Source: Ginglymostoma cirratum (taxonomy: Eukaryota). From it: a stretch of DNA of 64,000 bases. A program made the position numbers and the translations under genes. A model generated the notes under the pieces. The model saw only the letters and a list, made by a program, of their open reading frames with translations. It searched no databases and was not told the DNA's origin. The DNA lies in the NCBI GenBank assembly GCA_024137785.1, contig JAHRHZ010000019.1:32220019-32284018 (forward strand). Reading direction: 5' to 3'. Numbering within the stretch: position 1 is the first letter of the stretch; every line of letters begins with the position of its first letter. Of this stretch, positions 63,336 to 64,000 are shown piece after piece.

Positions 63336-64000
63336 TGTCCCCTCTCACAGTGTTACAGGTTCAGTCCATTCAAGCAGTTCATGTTCTTTGCAAATGTAAC
63401 CCTTTTGCTGCAGAAACCAGTGCCCTTCCTTCTGAAAGGTTTTCTATTGATAAAGTTCAAGACGCATGCATGTTTAGATGATTATATTGTAAATTAATCA
63501 ATCAATACATTTAGCCACTGCTATTATAAGTCAGCTTTAAATAATATTTTCGTAACAATATAACAGTTCAGAAAGATTTCCAGAACAAAATGATCAACAA
63601 ACTATAGGACAAATGGTGTGGCATGATGGCAATGAAACTTAAACTCCTTGATCTGTGCTGAACCAGACAATTCCAATTAAGATAGTGGCGCCCTCAGTGT
63701 CTCCTAATTCAGTAAAGCAGCGAGAGACCTGGGCTCCAATCCCTGAATGATACACAATGGCTATGATAACCATGGGATATCAGCTAACAATAGGTTGTGG
63801 CTGATTGGCTCATGCCCCTCCAGTTGAATATACAGAACTGTACACCTCAGTACAAAAGGGTTGAATAGGGAGAATTCAGAAGGAAAAATTGGTAGAAAAT
63901 GAATCAAAACCTAAGGCAGAAGTCATTCAAGCAAGATAATAGATATTTTTCTTATGTTCAGAGTCTTAGAGATTTACAGTACAGAAAAAGTCTGTGTCAA

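Noticed and set aside
62826-63497. 223-aa ORF
   Set aside because: Frameshifted CR1 RT C-terminus running into flanking DNA, not a host gene

Overview
Vertebrate genomic DNA, most likely a shark (inferred from HE1/V-SINE and shark-type CR1 repeats), not a prokaryotic window. It holds two convergent genes. The last coding exon of PRPH2 (peripherin-2) is on + at 2445-2669. The 3' 26 coding exons of UBR2 (N-degron E3 ligase) are on - at 61198->17216; all introns are GT-AG and phase-consistent, and they splice to 2856 nt (951 aa plus stop) ending ...GIDWQHL. A probable ~3.7 kb UBR2 3'UTR follows. Introns and the intergenic region are filled with decayed CR1/L2 LINEs and tRNA-derived SINEs. The most notable structure is a family of ~200-bp fold-back elements with 13-14 bp target-site duplications and a one-sided tail, which look like Penelope-like retroelement termini. 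One copy keeps an intact minimal hammerhead ribozyme core (6993-7020) and another has the only assembly gap in its loop. Other oddities: a locally templated CR1 insertion, inverted HE1 SINEs around a 375-nt four-exon block, a GC-rich higher-order repeat, and a possible decayed duplicate exon. Gene and repeat names come from recalled homology, not database searches. Most supplied ORFs are spurious or LINE remnants.
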